Assembly: GCA_964391975.1 (NCBI GenBank)
Contig: CAYMNZ010000001.1
Span: forward strand, 326,978 to 390,977
DNA from: an uncultured Candidatus Saccharibacteria bacterium
Lineage (GTDB): Bacteria; Patescibacteriota; Minisyncoccia; Phycocordibacterales; Phycocordibacteraceae
Direction of reading: 5' to 3'
Length of the DNA: 64,000 nucleotides
Shown: piece by piece, positions 29,946-39,776 of the stretch
Numbering within the stretch: the first letter of the stretch is position 1
How the letters are laid out: every line of letters starts with the position of its first letter
Position numbers and translations under genes: made by a program
Notes under the pieces: generated by a model
Told to the model about the DNA's origin: nothing
Database searches by the model: none
Seen by the model: the letters and a program-made list of their open reading frames with translations, nothing else

Positions 29946-30836
29946 TTATTTCTTACGCATAAGGCGCGTCATGTTCTCCTCCTGGAGGTCATGCGTCCGA
30001 CTGATGTATTCGTTTATGCGCTCGGAACGTTGAGTCGACTGCCTAATCCAGTCGCTCCATTCTGTAGCAGTAATCACCCCGCGCGCCTTGAGGATGCCTA
30101 GAGCTTCGAGCCTTCCTACCTGAATGTCGAGTGCGGCGCTCATATTCTCCTCGGCGTTTCGAGGAGTGTCGTGGCCGAACATGTACAGATAGACGAGCTT
30201 CCTCGCTTCGGCGAACTTGTCCCACACCGCAGCCTGTACCCGCTGTTCCTTTGCACCAAACGGTTCTCCTACCTCAGGCGGAAGTTCAGCAATAAGAGGG
30301 GTTATTTCGTCGTAAATTTGCTCAAGCTGTGCAAGCACGTAGAGTTCCGTTTCGACGCGTTTTTCAAGAGTTGCCTTAAGCCCCCTACTCTCCATGGCCT
30401 CGATTGGGTTTTCTGCCTCACTCGCCTCTCGCATTGCCTTGCGGCGGCGGTGCGGATAGTGAACGAGTTCAAAACTACGCTTCCACATCTCCTCGTGCTC
30501 TCCCATCCGGTCGTAGAGGTTCTGAAGCATCTCATGCACCTCCGGAAGGCGCCCGTACTTCTTCTCATAGTTGGTACAGTGCGTATCGAACGCATGCGTA
30601 TCGCGCTTCCAGCGGGCATCAAGGGCCTTGAGTTCAGTCTCGAACGCTTCGAGACGCTCTTCGTCTTCCCTCGTGAGGTTGCCTTGAAAGAGCATGCCGG
30701 TGACAACACTGCTTATCTCGGCATACTTCTCGACGACCTCGTCTGCCAGCCGTCCCAACGAACGGTCCATGAATTCGATATTGGAGAGCTCATGCGCCTC
30801 ATCGCGCTTCTCCCGTGGGTCAGACTCAAAATCCAT
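29946..30836 (-). CDS. Hypothetical helical/coiled-coil protein
   Basis: E/R/K-rich 296-aa ORF; TGCTATAGT 7 nt upstream of ATG. Confidence 0.7.
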   Translation of the reverse strand: MDFESDPREKRDEAHELSNIEFMDRSLGRLADEVVEKYAEISSVVTGMLFQGNLTREDEERLEAFETELKALDARWKRDTHAFDTHCTNYEKKYGRLPEVHEMLQNLYDRMGEHEEMWKRSFELVHYPHRRRKAMREASEAENPIEAMESRGLKATLEKRVETELYVLAQLEQIYDEITPLIAELPPEVGEPFGAKEQRVQAAVWDKFAEARKLVYLYMFGHDTPRNAEENMSAALDIQVGRLEALGILKARGVITATEWSDWIRQSTQRSERINEYISRTHDLQEENMTRLMRKK

Positions 30837-30857
30837 AGAGGAAACTATAGCATCAGG

Positions 30858-31223
30858 CTAAATACCCTTGCAGTTAGCCGCTGGGGCATAGCCTGCAGCC
30901 TCTGCGTCCTCTTTAGAGGCAAAGAAAACCTTGTTGCTCTCCGAGATAGTCTTGGCTCCTGAGCAGGTCGGCAAATGATACTTAGTGCCGTTTTTAGAGG
31001 CCACATACCTTGCATCCTCGGGGGTTACTGCCTGGGCTACCGCAGCTCCCTGGTCGGTGTATTCAATGGAGAAATCACTCCCCTGCCCCGCATCCCGCTC
31101 ATAGAGCATCCCAAGCCAGAAGCTCGCAGAAGTGGCTAAAACAACCACCATAAGCACCAAGACGTCCTCAGGGACTTTGGCCAGCACTTCCTTGCTTCTA
31201 CGGCCTATCTCTGCTATATTCAT
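30858..31223 (-). CDS. Membrane-anchored protein with Ada-type metal-binding domain
   Basis: TM helix, then [15 protein letters not shown]...[17 protein letters not shown]; start moved to 31223 so it does not overlap rpmA. Confidence 0.8.
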   Translation of the reverse strand: MNIAEIGRRSKEVLAKVPEDVLVLMVVVLATSASFWLGMLYERDAGQGSDFSIEYTDQGAAVAQAVTPEDARYVASKNGTKYHLPTCSGAKTISESNKVFFASKEDAEAAGYAPAANCKGI

Positions 31224-31242
31224 GCCACAACAGCATAGCACT

Positions 31243-31515
31243 ATGGCATCAACAAAAGCGGGAGGCTCAACAAAGAACGTACGCGACTCACAAGCGAAAT
31301 ACCTTGGAGTAAAGCTCGGTGACGGCGCAGCAGCTCGTCCGGGTATGGTTATCGTCCGCCAGCGCGGTACTAAGATTATGGCCGGCAAGAATGTCCGTGT
31401 CGGAAAGGACCACACCCTTTTCTCACTCGCTACTGGTAAGGTTTCCTTCACCGAGAAGCGCAAGGTTCGCTACGACGGTAGCACCATTCGCCGCAAGGTA
31501 GCCAACGTCGTCTAA
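31243..31515 (+). CDS. rpmA: 50S ribosomal protein L27
   Basis: [21 protein letters not shown]...IVRQRGT...GKDHTLF. Confidence 0.97.
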   Translation: MASTKAGGSTKNVRDSQAKYLGVKLGDGAAARPGMVIVRQRGTKIMAGKNVRVGKDHTLFSLATGKVSFTEKRKVRYDGSTIRRKVANVV

Positions 31516-31548
31516 CAAAAAAGCCCCGCATCAAGCGGGGCTTTTTTG
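31516..31548. terminator. Bidirectional terminator between rpmA and rplI
   Basis: CAAAAAAGCCCCGC-atcaa-GCGGGGCTTTTTTG. Confidence 0.9.
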
Positions 31549-31558
31549 TATTGGAAGC

Positions 31559-31984
31559 TTATTCAGCTTCGACAACAATGGTGATCTTCCCGAAGTTCTC
31601 GCCGTAAGCGACAGGAACATCAAAGGTACCGAGTTCCTTGAACGGGCGCTCAATGGAGATAGCATCTACTGGAAGCTTAGTCATCTCTGCAATCTCCTTG
31701 GCATCCACAGCATCATAGAGGTGACCCTGCTCGTTTGCCTTCTTGATGAAAACAATGCGCTCTTCGGCAAGGGCGGTGAGGCGCTCAGCGATGAGCTTAC
31801 CGTCGAGCTCCTGGCGCTCCTTCATCTGCTTCTGCATGGTCTCTGCCCTCTTTACTGCCTCTCCGGTTGCCGGAACGGCCATCTTCCGAGGAATAAGGAA
31901 GTTAATAGCGTGGCCATCCTTTACCTCGACGACATGGTTGGCACGGCCAGTGCCCTTCACGTCCTTTATCATTACGACTTTCAT
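31559..31984 (-). CDS. rplI: 50S ribosomal protein L9
   Basis: MKVVMIKDVKGTG..VEVKDGHAINFLIP; GHLY..V, KELG. Confidence 0.94.
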   Translation of the reverse strand: MKVVMIKDVKGTGRANHVVEVKDGHAINFLIPRKMAVPATGEAVKRAETMQKQMKERQELDGKLIAERLTALAEERIVFIKKANEQGHLYDAVDAKEIAEMTKLPVDAISIERPFKELGTFDVPVAYGENFGKITIVVEAE

Positions 31985-32027
31985 AGTGGGGCTATCCTAC
32001 CCTGCCGCCAGCCCTCTGGCAACCGGG

Positions 32028-32963
32028 CTAGAGCGCGAGAACAGCTGCCGCCGTTGCATCCTGCGGCACCTCAAGCTCCGGCATCTGTGAGCTGTTGAAC
32101 GCCATGAGACCGATGACAAAGACCAAAATAGCAAAGGTACCGCCGAGAGCCTCGAGGTACGGCATCCGGAAGTGAGCGTGGAGCGCAACGAGGAACATAA
32201 GACCGAGGATGAGCGCCAGTATAGAAAGAGCCGTGGTTGCGGTGTGATTAGGGGAAGCCATTGCCTGAAGCACGGATTCCTCAACTTGAGAGACAGCGAC
32301 TGTCTCTTCGCCAAGCACGGTAACTTCAGAGGTCTCTGTAGGGGCAACCGCCACAGGAGTCTCCTCCTCAGGTGCTGGTGCTGCAGACGCTATCTTCGGG
32401 CTTGCAAAGAACTGCACGACGAAGGTCACCTGTTTTCCTTTATATTCTCCTTCAGCGGTCGCAATACCAATCTCCTCGTACTGCTGCTTCACGATGTTGG
32501 CGTAATGTGTGGGTGACTTCATCCACGCTTCTTCAACATCTTTGGAGTCTTCGAAGTTTACTGCAAGATTCTCTCCGGCATAGGTGTACTCGTATCCTGC
32601 AAGCTCTACCCAGTGCCACGGCTGCTTGCCGTCAGGAGTGACATGCGCAAAATATCCCTTCGCTGCCATGTCGTTAGCCTTAAGCTGTGCAGCCTTCGTG
32701 AGAAGCGCGTTCTCAGAGAGCTCCCCCGCTCCCACAGATGCGCGGTCTGCGTTGGTGAGCTGTATGAGTGCTGCCGGAAGTACGGTGGCGAGAAGTCCCG
32801 TGCGTCCATCATCAACCTTAGTCGCAAAAAGATAGGCACCCTCAACAAGAAGGACGAGCGTAAAGACGGCGAGAACCGCTGTAACACTCAGGATGCCCGG
32901 ACGAAAGCGGTTTCCCTCGTGCGGGACAACCAAATGCTTCACGTGCTCGTGCCACTTTCGCAT
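32028..32963 (-). CDS. Membrane-anchored CAP (SCP/YkwD) domain protein
   Basis: AAQLKANDMAAKGYFAH, AGENLA, AWMKSPTHYANI; TM helices at both ends. Confidence 0.88.
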   Translation of the reverse strand: MRKWHEHVKHLVVPHEGNRFRPGILSVTAVLAVFTLVLLVEGAYLFATKVDDGRTGLLATVLPAALIQLTNADRASVGAGELSENALLTKAAQLKANDMAAKGYFAHVTPDGKQPWHWVELAGYEYTYAGENLAVNFEDSKDVEEAWMKSPTHYANIVKQQYEEIGIATAEGEYKGKQVTFVVQFFASPKIASAAPAPEEETPVAVAPTETSEVTVLGEETVAVSQVEESVLQAMASPNHTATTALSILALILGLMFLVALHAHFRMPYLEALGGTFAILVFVIGLMAFNSSQMPELEVPQDATAAAVLAL

Positions 32964-33007
32964 AGTATGCAAATAATCACACACTTTTCAGTGTGCGGCA
33001 AATGGCG

Positions 33008-34264
33008 CTACTTTCCGGTCGTAAGGAATTCAACTGCACGCTCCCTTTGCGGGTCCTTCCCTGCTTCTCGGTCTTCCTGGGTGCGCTCTACGAGTATGTC
33101 CGGCGCAATACCACCGTCTGAAATGGAGATGCCATCAGGAGTAAGCCAGCGCGCGACCGTTATCTTAAGCGAACCGCCGCCTACCTCAACAAGCTCCTGA
33201 ACCGAACCCTTTCCAAAGGATGCGGTGCCGATAAGCGTCGCAACGTCATGGTCATGAAGCGCTCCTGCAAGAATCTCTGACGCAGAGGCTGAGCCCTTGT
33301 CCATAAGAATCACAATCTTAGTACCAGCGGCAACACCAGTGCTGCCGGTAGAGCGGTGTACAAGGTTCTCGCGCTTTCCGTCATAATCCTCCGTCACGAT
33401 GACGTCGCCCTTTGGAAGGAAACGGCTGGCAATCTGTACCGCAGACTGCAGATAGCCTCCTGGGTTCCCACGCAAATCGATAAGAAGCTTGTTGGAACCG
33501 GAACGCTTGAAGTCATTTAGTGCATCAGTAAAAAGTTTGTTTGCGGTTCCGGTGAACGTGTAGAGCGTAATGGTGTAGACGCCGGAGGTTGCGTCGTACC
33601 CGTGGTCGATGGTCGGTACCTGGATGGTGTCGCGAACAACGGAAATTTCAATAACCTCACCATTGCGGTAAATGCGGAACACCACTGGCGTACCCTTCTC
33701 TCCACGGATGAGCTTCACTGCTTCATCGGTGGACATGCCATCAGTCGAGACCCCATCGATGGAAAGAATGCCGTCGCCAGCGTGCACACCTGCGCGCTCA
33801 GCCGGGGTGCCCTTCAAAGGAGCAATAACGGTCAGAAGACCCTCCTGTACGCCCATTTCAATACCAACACCACTGAAGTTTCCGAGAATGTCTTCCTTGA
33901 AAATCTTTGCTTCCTGCGGCGGGAGGAAGATGGTGTACGGGTCGCCGTAGGAATCGGTAAGACCCTGGATGGCGCCCCAGAGTTTGTCCTTACTGTCTGG
34001 GAGCGTTGAGGTCGCATGACTCTCGACGAACTTAGCGTCGAGCGTATTCCACACTTTCCAGAAATTCTCGAGGTCAACGGCAGTATCCGGAGTGGCATCA
34101 AGACCATCGGAGAGCAGCGGAATCGAATTGGCGAGGATGCGGCCACCACCTTGAGCTCCGGTTACCATTCCTGCGCCAAACGCGAGGACCACCACGAGTG
34201 CGAAGACGACTGCGACGCGCGCGATACGACTAAAGCGACTTCGTGGAGTGGCGTCAGGGGGCAT
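33008..34264 (-). CDS. C-terminal processing peptidase (S41, CtpA-like)
   Basis: DPYT, PDZ domain, DLRGNPGG, SASASEI, FGKGSVQ; start moved to 34264. Confidence 0.95.
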   Translation of the reverse strand: MPPDATPRSRFSRIARVAVVFALVVVLAFGAGMVTGAQGGGRILANSIPLLSDGLDATPDTAVDLENFWKVWNTLDAKFVESHATSTLPDSKDKLWGAIQGLTDSYGDPYTIFLPPQEAKIFKEDILGNFSGVGIEMGVQEGLLTVIAPLKGTPAERAGVHAGDGILSIDGVSTDGMSTDEAVKLIRGEKGTPVVFRIYRNGEVIEISVVRDTIQVPTIDHGYDATSGVYTITLYTFTGTANKLFTDALNDFKRSGSNKLLIDLRGNPGGYLQSAVQIASRFLPKGDVIVTEDYDGKRENLVHRSTGSTGVAAGTKIVILMDKGSASASEILAGALHDHDVATLIGTASFGKGSVQELVEVGGGSLKITVARWLTPDGISISDGGIAPDILVERTQEDREAGKDPQRERAVEFLTTGK

Positions 34265-34304
34265 AAATACGCCAGTATTATACCACAATGCTATACTTCT
34301 CTTC

Positions 34305-35225
34305 ATGGTAATACGCCACCTTTGCGGCTCGACGACGTGGGTTGATCTCGAGTGCCCAACGAAAGAAGAGTTGAAGCAGGTAATGGAGGAATATGGCATC
34401 TCGTCGAGAGTTGAAGACGAAATTGTTAACCCCACACCCTACCCGCTCTCCGTTTCCTTCCCTGCGTATAGCTACCTCATCCTCCATTTCCCAATTGCTG
34501 ACGTGCATGAAGGCACCCGAAGTCAGGAAATCGACTTCATCGTCGGCAAGAACTTTTTGATAACGGTTCGTTACGAAACCATCGCCCCGGTTCATAACCT
34601 CCACAAGATTTTTGAAGCCGAGGAACTCCTCGACCTCCCTGCCCCAGAGCGCGCAAGCGGTGCAGAGCTCACGGAATTAGTGTTCCGTCGCCTCTACCGT
34701 GCTATTCGCGAAGAAGTCGAGCAGACGGCACGCCTCTTGGAGCACATCGAAGAGGATGTCTTCTCTGGCAAAGAGCGCGAGACCGTTCGCAAGATTTCAG
34801 ACGCCGGTCGTGTCCTGCTTCGTTTTGAGACCGTGCTGAGGCGCCACGAAGAACCGCTCACCATATTTCTCTCAGAACTTTCAGATAAACGCTTCTTCGG
34901 CCCAGCGTTCAAAGTACACGCCACCTCAATTGAAGCGGAGCGCGAACACGTCGCTGCGCTCGTTGTTTCTTACCGCGCAGTGGTACGAGAACTCCGCACC
35001 ACCAATGACTCCCTTCTCTCCTCCTCTCAGAACGAAGTCATGAAGTACCTAGCGTTCATGTCGCTGCTTACCTTCCCGCTTACCCTCATCGCTGCCATCT
35101 TCGCGATGGAAACTGACTACCTGCCAATCGTCGGACTTCCTCACGACTTCTGGATTGTCATTGGAATCATGGTACTCGTGGGAGGCGGTCTCTTCCTCTT
35201 CGCACGCGCAAAGCGCTGGCTCTAG
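34305..35225 (+). CDS. CorA-family divalent cation transporter
   Basis: WVDL, NEVMKYL, two C-terminal TM helices; GMN signature appears as AME. Confidence 0.88.
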   Translation: MVIRHLCGSTTWVDLECPTKEELKQVMEEYGISSRVEDEIVNPTPYPLSVSFPAYSYLILHFPIADVHEGTRSQEIDFIVGKNFLITVRYETIAPVHNLHKIFEAEELLDLPAPERASGAELTELVFRRLYRAIREEVEQTARLLEHIEEDVFSGKERETVRKISDAGRVLLRFETVLRRHEEPLTIFLSELSDKRFFGPAFKVHATSIEAEREHVAALVVSYRAVVRELRTTNDSLLSSSQNEVMKYLAFMSLLTFPLTLIAAIFAMETDYLPIVGLPHDFWIVIGIMVLVGGGLFLFARAKRWL

Positions 35226-35228
35226 TGT

Positions 35229-36653
35229 ATGTGGCCCTTTTGTAGCAAAGCCAAGAACAGTGCTCTCCTCTATCTGAGCAATACGCTTTCTGGAAAGAAG
35301 GAGCTCTTCACGCCACTCTCCGCTGGCCGCGCAACGCTCTACTCCTGCGGTCCGACGGTCTACGGTCCCCAGCACATCGGAAACCTGCGGGCTGCAGTCT
35401 TTGCAGATACGGTTGCGCGCACACTCAAGGTCGCAGGCTACCGCGTGCGCCGTGTCATCAACATCACTGATGTCGGACACTTGGTCGGGGACGGAGACGA
35501 AGGCGAGGACAAGATGAATGTAGGCGCACGGGCCGAAAAGACAACACCTGAAGAGATTGCCAAGCGCTACACCGACCGCTATATGCAGGACATCCGGTCG
35601 CTCAACCTCGACCTTCATGACATCAACTTCCCTCGTGCAACCGAGTACATTCAGCAGCAAATTGTGATGATTGAGACACTTGAGAAGAAAGGTCTTACCT
35701 ACAAGACTGAGGACGGCATCTATTTCGATACTGCCAAGTTCCCTTCCTACGGAAAGCTCGGCAACACTCGTGACGTTGAACAGAAGGCAGGTATGCGCGT
35801 CTCGGCTGGCGGAAAGCGCGACCCCCGTGACTTCGCACTCTGGCGTTTTGCAGGGGTGAATGATTTGCAAAAGTGGGATTCGCCATGGGGCGAAGGAAAT
35901 CCGGGCTGGAGTATTGAATGTTCAGCAATGGCGCGTGCACTCCTTGGCGACACCATAGACATACACACCGGTGGCCAGGACCACATCAACGTGCACCACA
36001 ACAATGAGATAGCGCAGTCTGAAGGCGCAACAGGTCGGCCGCTCGCGCGCTACTGGCTCCATAACGCCTTCCTTACTATAGAAGGAGCGAAGATTTCTAA
36101 GTCAGTGGGTAACGTGCACACACTCTCAGACGTTACTGAGCGGGGCTTCCATCCGCTGGCACTCCGTTACTTCTTCCTTCAGGCGCATTACCGCACTCCC
36201 CTTTCCTTCTCCTGGGACGCCGTTGCGGCTGCGGACGAAGGACTCAAGAGGCTTTGGAACGCAGTACGGGAGTTAAAACGTCACGGCAAGATTTCCGATA
36301 GCTCTCGTCGCCTCAGCTCCGTTGTGTTCGATGACCTCGCGACCTCTCAAGCACTCGCGCTCCTGTGGGAGGCACTCAAAGACGACAATCTCTCCCCATC
36401 GGAGAAATGGGGTGTCGTCGAAGCGGCTGAAGAGCTCCTCGGTCTTTCGCTCACCAACCCCCCTGAGGCTGCTGCTGCCCTCTCACTGGCTCAGCTGCCC
36501 GAAGAGGTGCGTGCCCTCGTAGAGGCGCGTGAGGCAGCCCGTGAGGCCAAGGACTTCGCTAAGGCAGATGAGTTACGTATCCACCTTTCAAACCGGGGAT
36601 ATCATGTGGAAGACACCCCTTCCGGACCCCTCTTCACGACCACCGAAAGATAG
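35229..36653 (+). CDS. cysS: Cysteine--tRNA ligase
   Basis: YSCGPTVY..HIGNLR, GNPGWSIECSAM, HHNNEIAQ, KISKS. Confidence 0.97.
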   Translation: MWPFCSKAKNSALLYLSNTLSGKKELFTPLSAGRATLYSCGPTVYGPQHIGNLRAAVFADTVARTLKVAGYRVRRVINITDVGHLVGDGDEGEDKMNVGARAEKTTPEEIAKRYTDRYMQDIRSLNLDLHDINFPRATEYIQQQIVMIETLEKKGLTYKTEDGIYFDTAKFPSYGKLGNTRDVEQKAGMRVSAGGKRDPRDFALWRFAGVNDLQKWDSPWGEGNPGWSIECSAMARALLGDTIDIHTGGQDHINVHHNNEIAQSEGATGRPLARYWLHNAFLTIEGAKISKSVGNVHTLSDVTERGFHPLALRYFFLQAHYRTPLSFSWDAVAAADEGLKRLWNAVRELKRHGKISDSSRRLSSVVFDDLATSQALALLWEALKDDNLSPSEKWGVVEAAEELLGLSLTNPPEAAAALSLAQLPEEVRALVEAREAAREAKDFAKADELRIHLSNRGYHVEDTPSGPLFTTTER

Positions 36654-36667
36654 TAGAATAGGCCCCT

Positions 36668-38026
36668 ATGGCCGACCGCATCCCTCCTCAAAGTCTTGAA
36701 GCCGAACGCGGTCTTCTTGGCGCGCTTCTTTTGAAGCCTGACGCTATTCACGACGTTGCCGACTTGGTGCGTCCTGATTCCTTCTACGCAGAGCGTCATC
36801 GCATCATCTTTGAAGCGATGAAGGAACTCTCCGACCGCGGAGAGCCTATCGACATTCTTTCGCTTTCCGAAAAGCTCACTAACAAAGGAACACTTGAGCG
36901 CGCTGGTGGCCGCGCCTACATTGCGGAACTTGCCGGTAGCGCTCCTGCCCCTGGTAACTTCGCCCACTACGCAGAACTCGTCTCCCGTAAGCACGTCATG
37001 CGTTCCCTTATCGGAGCAGCATATGAAATTAACGAAGCAGCCTACGACGATGCGCGCGATACCGGCGAGGTGCTCGACGAAGCGGAGAAGAAAATCTACG
37101 CTGTTGGAAACGCTTCCGCTGCACACAAGTTCACTCCTATTGCCGACAAGCTTGGAGACGCATGGGACCGCATGGAAGCACTCTCAAAGAAAGAAGGTGG
37201 TATCCGCGGTGTGCCAACTGGATTCCCTGAGCTCGACAGCATGCTCTCCGGCCTTCACCCTTCTGACCTCGTGATTCTTGCCGCGCGTCCATCGGTGGGT
37301 AAGACTTCCCTTGCGCTTGATATCGCTCGCAACACGGCAGTCAGACACAACACCCCGGTCGGCATCTTCTCGCTCGAGATGAGCTCCGAGCAGCTTATCG
37401 ACCGTATGCTTGCAGCTGAGTCCTATGTCGACTCGTGGAAGATGCGCACCGGTGCTATCCGTGCCGAGGACGACTTCGCAAAGATTCGTGACGCACTTGA
37501 GTCCCTCTCCAAGGCTCCCATTTTCATAGACGACAAGCCAGGCAACAACATCCTTGCGATGCGCGCCGTTGCCAGGCGTTTGAAGCGCGAGCACGGCATC
37601 GGGCTCCTGATCGTCGACTACCTCCAGCTCATGGCTCCGGTGGGTGCTAAAGCCTCTGATTCCCTGGTGCAGCAGACCACTGAAATCTCACGTTCGCTCA
37701 AGTCCTTGGCTCGTGAGCTTGAGGTGCCAGTACTCGCGCTCTCCCAGCTTTCGCGCGCGGTGGAGCAACGCGGTGGCAAACCTCGTCTATCCGACCTTCG
37801 TGACTCCGGTTCCATTGAACAGGACGCTGACGTCGTGATGTTCATTCACCGCGAGGACAAGCGTAGCCCAGACAGTGAGCGCACGAACATTGCAGAGATT
37901 CTTATTGAGAAGCATCGTAACGGCCCGACGGGACGAGTGGAACTCTACTTCGACGAGAAGCGCGCAACTTTCGCCTCAGTCGATAAGTCAGGTTACGGCG
38001 ACCTCGGCGACGCCTTCGATAACTAG
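36668..38026 (+). CDS. dnaB: Replicative DNA helicase
   Basis: PPQSLEAE, AARPSVGKT, FSLEMS, VDYLQL, SDLRDSGSIEQDAD, KHRNGPTG. Confidence 0.98.
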   Translation: MADRIPPQSLEAERGLLGALLLKPDAIHDVADLVRPDSFYAERHRIIFEAMKELSDRGEPIDILSLSEKLTNKGTLERAGGRAYIAELAGSAPAPGNFAHYAELVSRKHVMRSLIGAAYEINEAAYDDARDTGEVLDEAEKKIYAVGNASAAHKFTPIADKLGDAWDRMEALSKKEGGIRGVPTGFPELDSMLSGLHPSDLVILAARPSVGKTSLALDIARNTAVRHNTPVGIFSLEMSSEQLIDRMLAAESYVDSWKMRTGAIRAEDDFAKIRDALESLSKAPIFIDDKPGNNILAMRAVARRLKREHGIGLLIVDYLQLMAPVGAKASDSLVQQTTEISRSLKSLARELEVPVLALSQLSRAVEQRGGKPRLSDLRDSGSIEQDADVVMFIHREDKRSPDSERTNIAEILIEKHRNGPTGRVELYFDEKRATFASVDKSGYGDLGDAFDN

Positions 38027-38027
38027 T

Positions 38028-38630
38028 ATGGCGGACCGTGTTGAAGACCTCTCCCGTCTCTTTGAACGCTTCCCCGGTATTGGCCCGCGCCAAGCAAAGC
38101 GCTTCGTCTACTTTCTTCTCTCTCTTCCCCAAAGTGACCGCGTAAAGATGGCGGAACTGTTGAGCGCTCTTGGAGCGGACGTGAAGCAGTGTGTAGAGTG
38201 CATGCGCTACGCTAACGGCGGCGGACCTTCTTGTTCGTATTGTGCTGATTCCTCTCGTGACGATTCCATACTCATGGTGCTCGAGAAAGACCAGGACCTG
38301 GCTGCGATGGAGCGAACCGGAACCTACAAAGGACGATACTTCGTACTGGGTGGTGTGCTCACACTTTCAGGCAAGGGCGTGATTCGAGAGAAGGAACTAG
38401 TGAAGGCAGTAGCGGCTCGCCTCAAAAACGGGCTCAAGGAAATTGTGCTCGCGCTCTCGGCAACCTCTGAAGGAGAGAATACTGCTGACCGCGTACGTGA
38501 ACTCTTGCTTCCCTATCGCGACCAGGTGAAACTCACCATTCTCGGGCGCGGACTGGCAACTGGCTCAGAGCTTGAGTACGCAGATAAAGAGACGCTACGA
38601 GGAGCGCTTCAGAATCGAAAAGAGACTTAA
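38028..38630 (+). CDS. recR: Recombination mediator RecR
   Basis: FPGIGPRQAKR, C4 zinc finger, YFVLGG, Toprim domain, GSELEYAD. Confidence 0.95.
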   Translation: MADRVEDLSRLFERFPGIGPRQAKRFVYFLLSLPQSDRVKMAELLSALGADVKQCVECMRYANGGGPSCSYCADSSRDDSILMVLEKDQDLAAMERTGTYKGRYFVLGGVLTLSGKGVIREKELVKAVAARLKNGLKEIVLALSATSEGENTADRVRELLLPYRDQVKLTILGRGLATGSELEYADKETLRGALQNRKET

Positions 38631-39733
38631 TCGTCGTCATCCACTTCCCTGCTCTCGTAGGTGTGGAGCTCAGCAGCGTCCTCTGCCACTTCACGGCGGT
38701 CTTCGTCATCGGGAAAAAGGTCGGGGTCAGCGTACTCGAGGATAAAGGCCACGAGCCACGAATCGTTCCCGTATTCTTCAGGTTTCTTAGCACGGAGACG
38801 TTCTCCTTCGACCATGATGCTTTTGATAGTTCCACCAACCCTGCGGTTCAGTGCATTAGCGATATCCTGATACACGATGTCTTCGTCATCAAGAAGCATA
38901 GAGGCGGCAGTACGGTATTGCTCTGGGGTCCACGGCTTCGGGGTACCACGCACCTCAAATCCGAACGCTTGCCGCGCCTCGAGCGTAAGCCCACGACTGT
39001 AAATGGGTGAAAGTTCTTCACCCCTTACAGTGCGTCCCATCATCGTGGCGAGGCCTGCGGCGACTTCGTCCGTGTTCTTTCCTTCAATAACACGCAAGTA
39101 CGTCATGTGAATGAGAACATCAGAATGGCTGAGGCTCTTTCCGCGACCCACGCTACCCTTTCGCTGGGTGCCTTCCACCATCTCCGGTTGCGATGTTGGA
39201 TACACAAACATTTTGTGCCGTCGAAGCATGTCGTTACCCTTCTTCGTGAAATCTTCAAGTGCACGTAATTCCGATTCAATCTCTGGAGTCTCAGGACCGA
39301 GGAACTCATGCCATTTACGTATTACCCGATTCTGCGTCGACTGAGCATGCCCCTCATCACTAAGAAGTTTCCATGCACGAGCTCGAAACGCGGTAACCTT
39401 CAACTCCTTCTGACCTTGGGCAGTCAGCATCTTGTTGAAGGGACCGATAAGGTCGTTGGGTCCCTTGCCATCGAGATACAGGAGCGCCGCACGCATACAG
39501 TTTTCTTTGCTCCATGTGGCAGACACGCGGCGACCAGCCTTAAGATCTGCCCAGCGCCCAGGCTCAAACACCCTTTCGAATTCGATGCCTCGCGATTCTG
39601 CCATAGCCTCCAGTTCCTCAGCGCTTGCAGCGGACACCTGTTCTGCCGAGAGTTGCCCAATCGGTGGTTCGGGAAGCATCATGCCGCGCTCCGTTTGCGA
39701 CACTCTTCCGTAGGCACCAGCTTCTTCTGTCAT
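38627..39733 (-). CDS. Hypothetical protein with possible tandem HTH/Myb-like repeats
   Basis: KPWTPEQ...YQDIANALNR and two similar segments; TAGACT 6 nt before ATG. Confidence 0.7.
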   Translation of the reverse strand: MTEEAGAYGRVSQTERGMMLPEPPIGQLSAEQVSAASAEELEAMAESRGIEFERVFEPGRWADLKAGRRVSATWSKENCMRAALLYLDGKGPNDLIGPFNKMLTAQGQKELKVTAFRARAWKLLSDEGHAQSTQNRVIRKWHEFLGPETPEIESELRALEDFTKKGNDMLRRHKMFVYPTSQPEMVEGTQRKGSVGRGKSLSHSDVLIHMTYLRVIEGKNTDEVAAGLATMMGRTVRGEELSPIYSRGLTLEARQAFGFEVRGTPKPWTPEQYRTAASMLLDDEDIVYQDIANALNRRVGGTIKSIMVEGERLRAKKPEEYGNDSWLVAFILEYADPDLFPDDEDRREVAEDAAELHTYESREVDDDD

Positions 39734-39744
39734 GTCTCTAGTCT

Positions 39745-39776
39745 AACAAAAAACCCGCCGGATGGCGGGTGTTTGT
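39745..39776 (-). terminator. Intrinsic terminator after rplU
   Basis: ACCCGCC-ggat-GGCGGGT hairpin with a T-tract on the minus strand. Confidence 0.8.
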
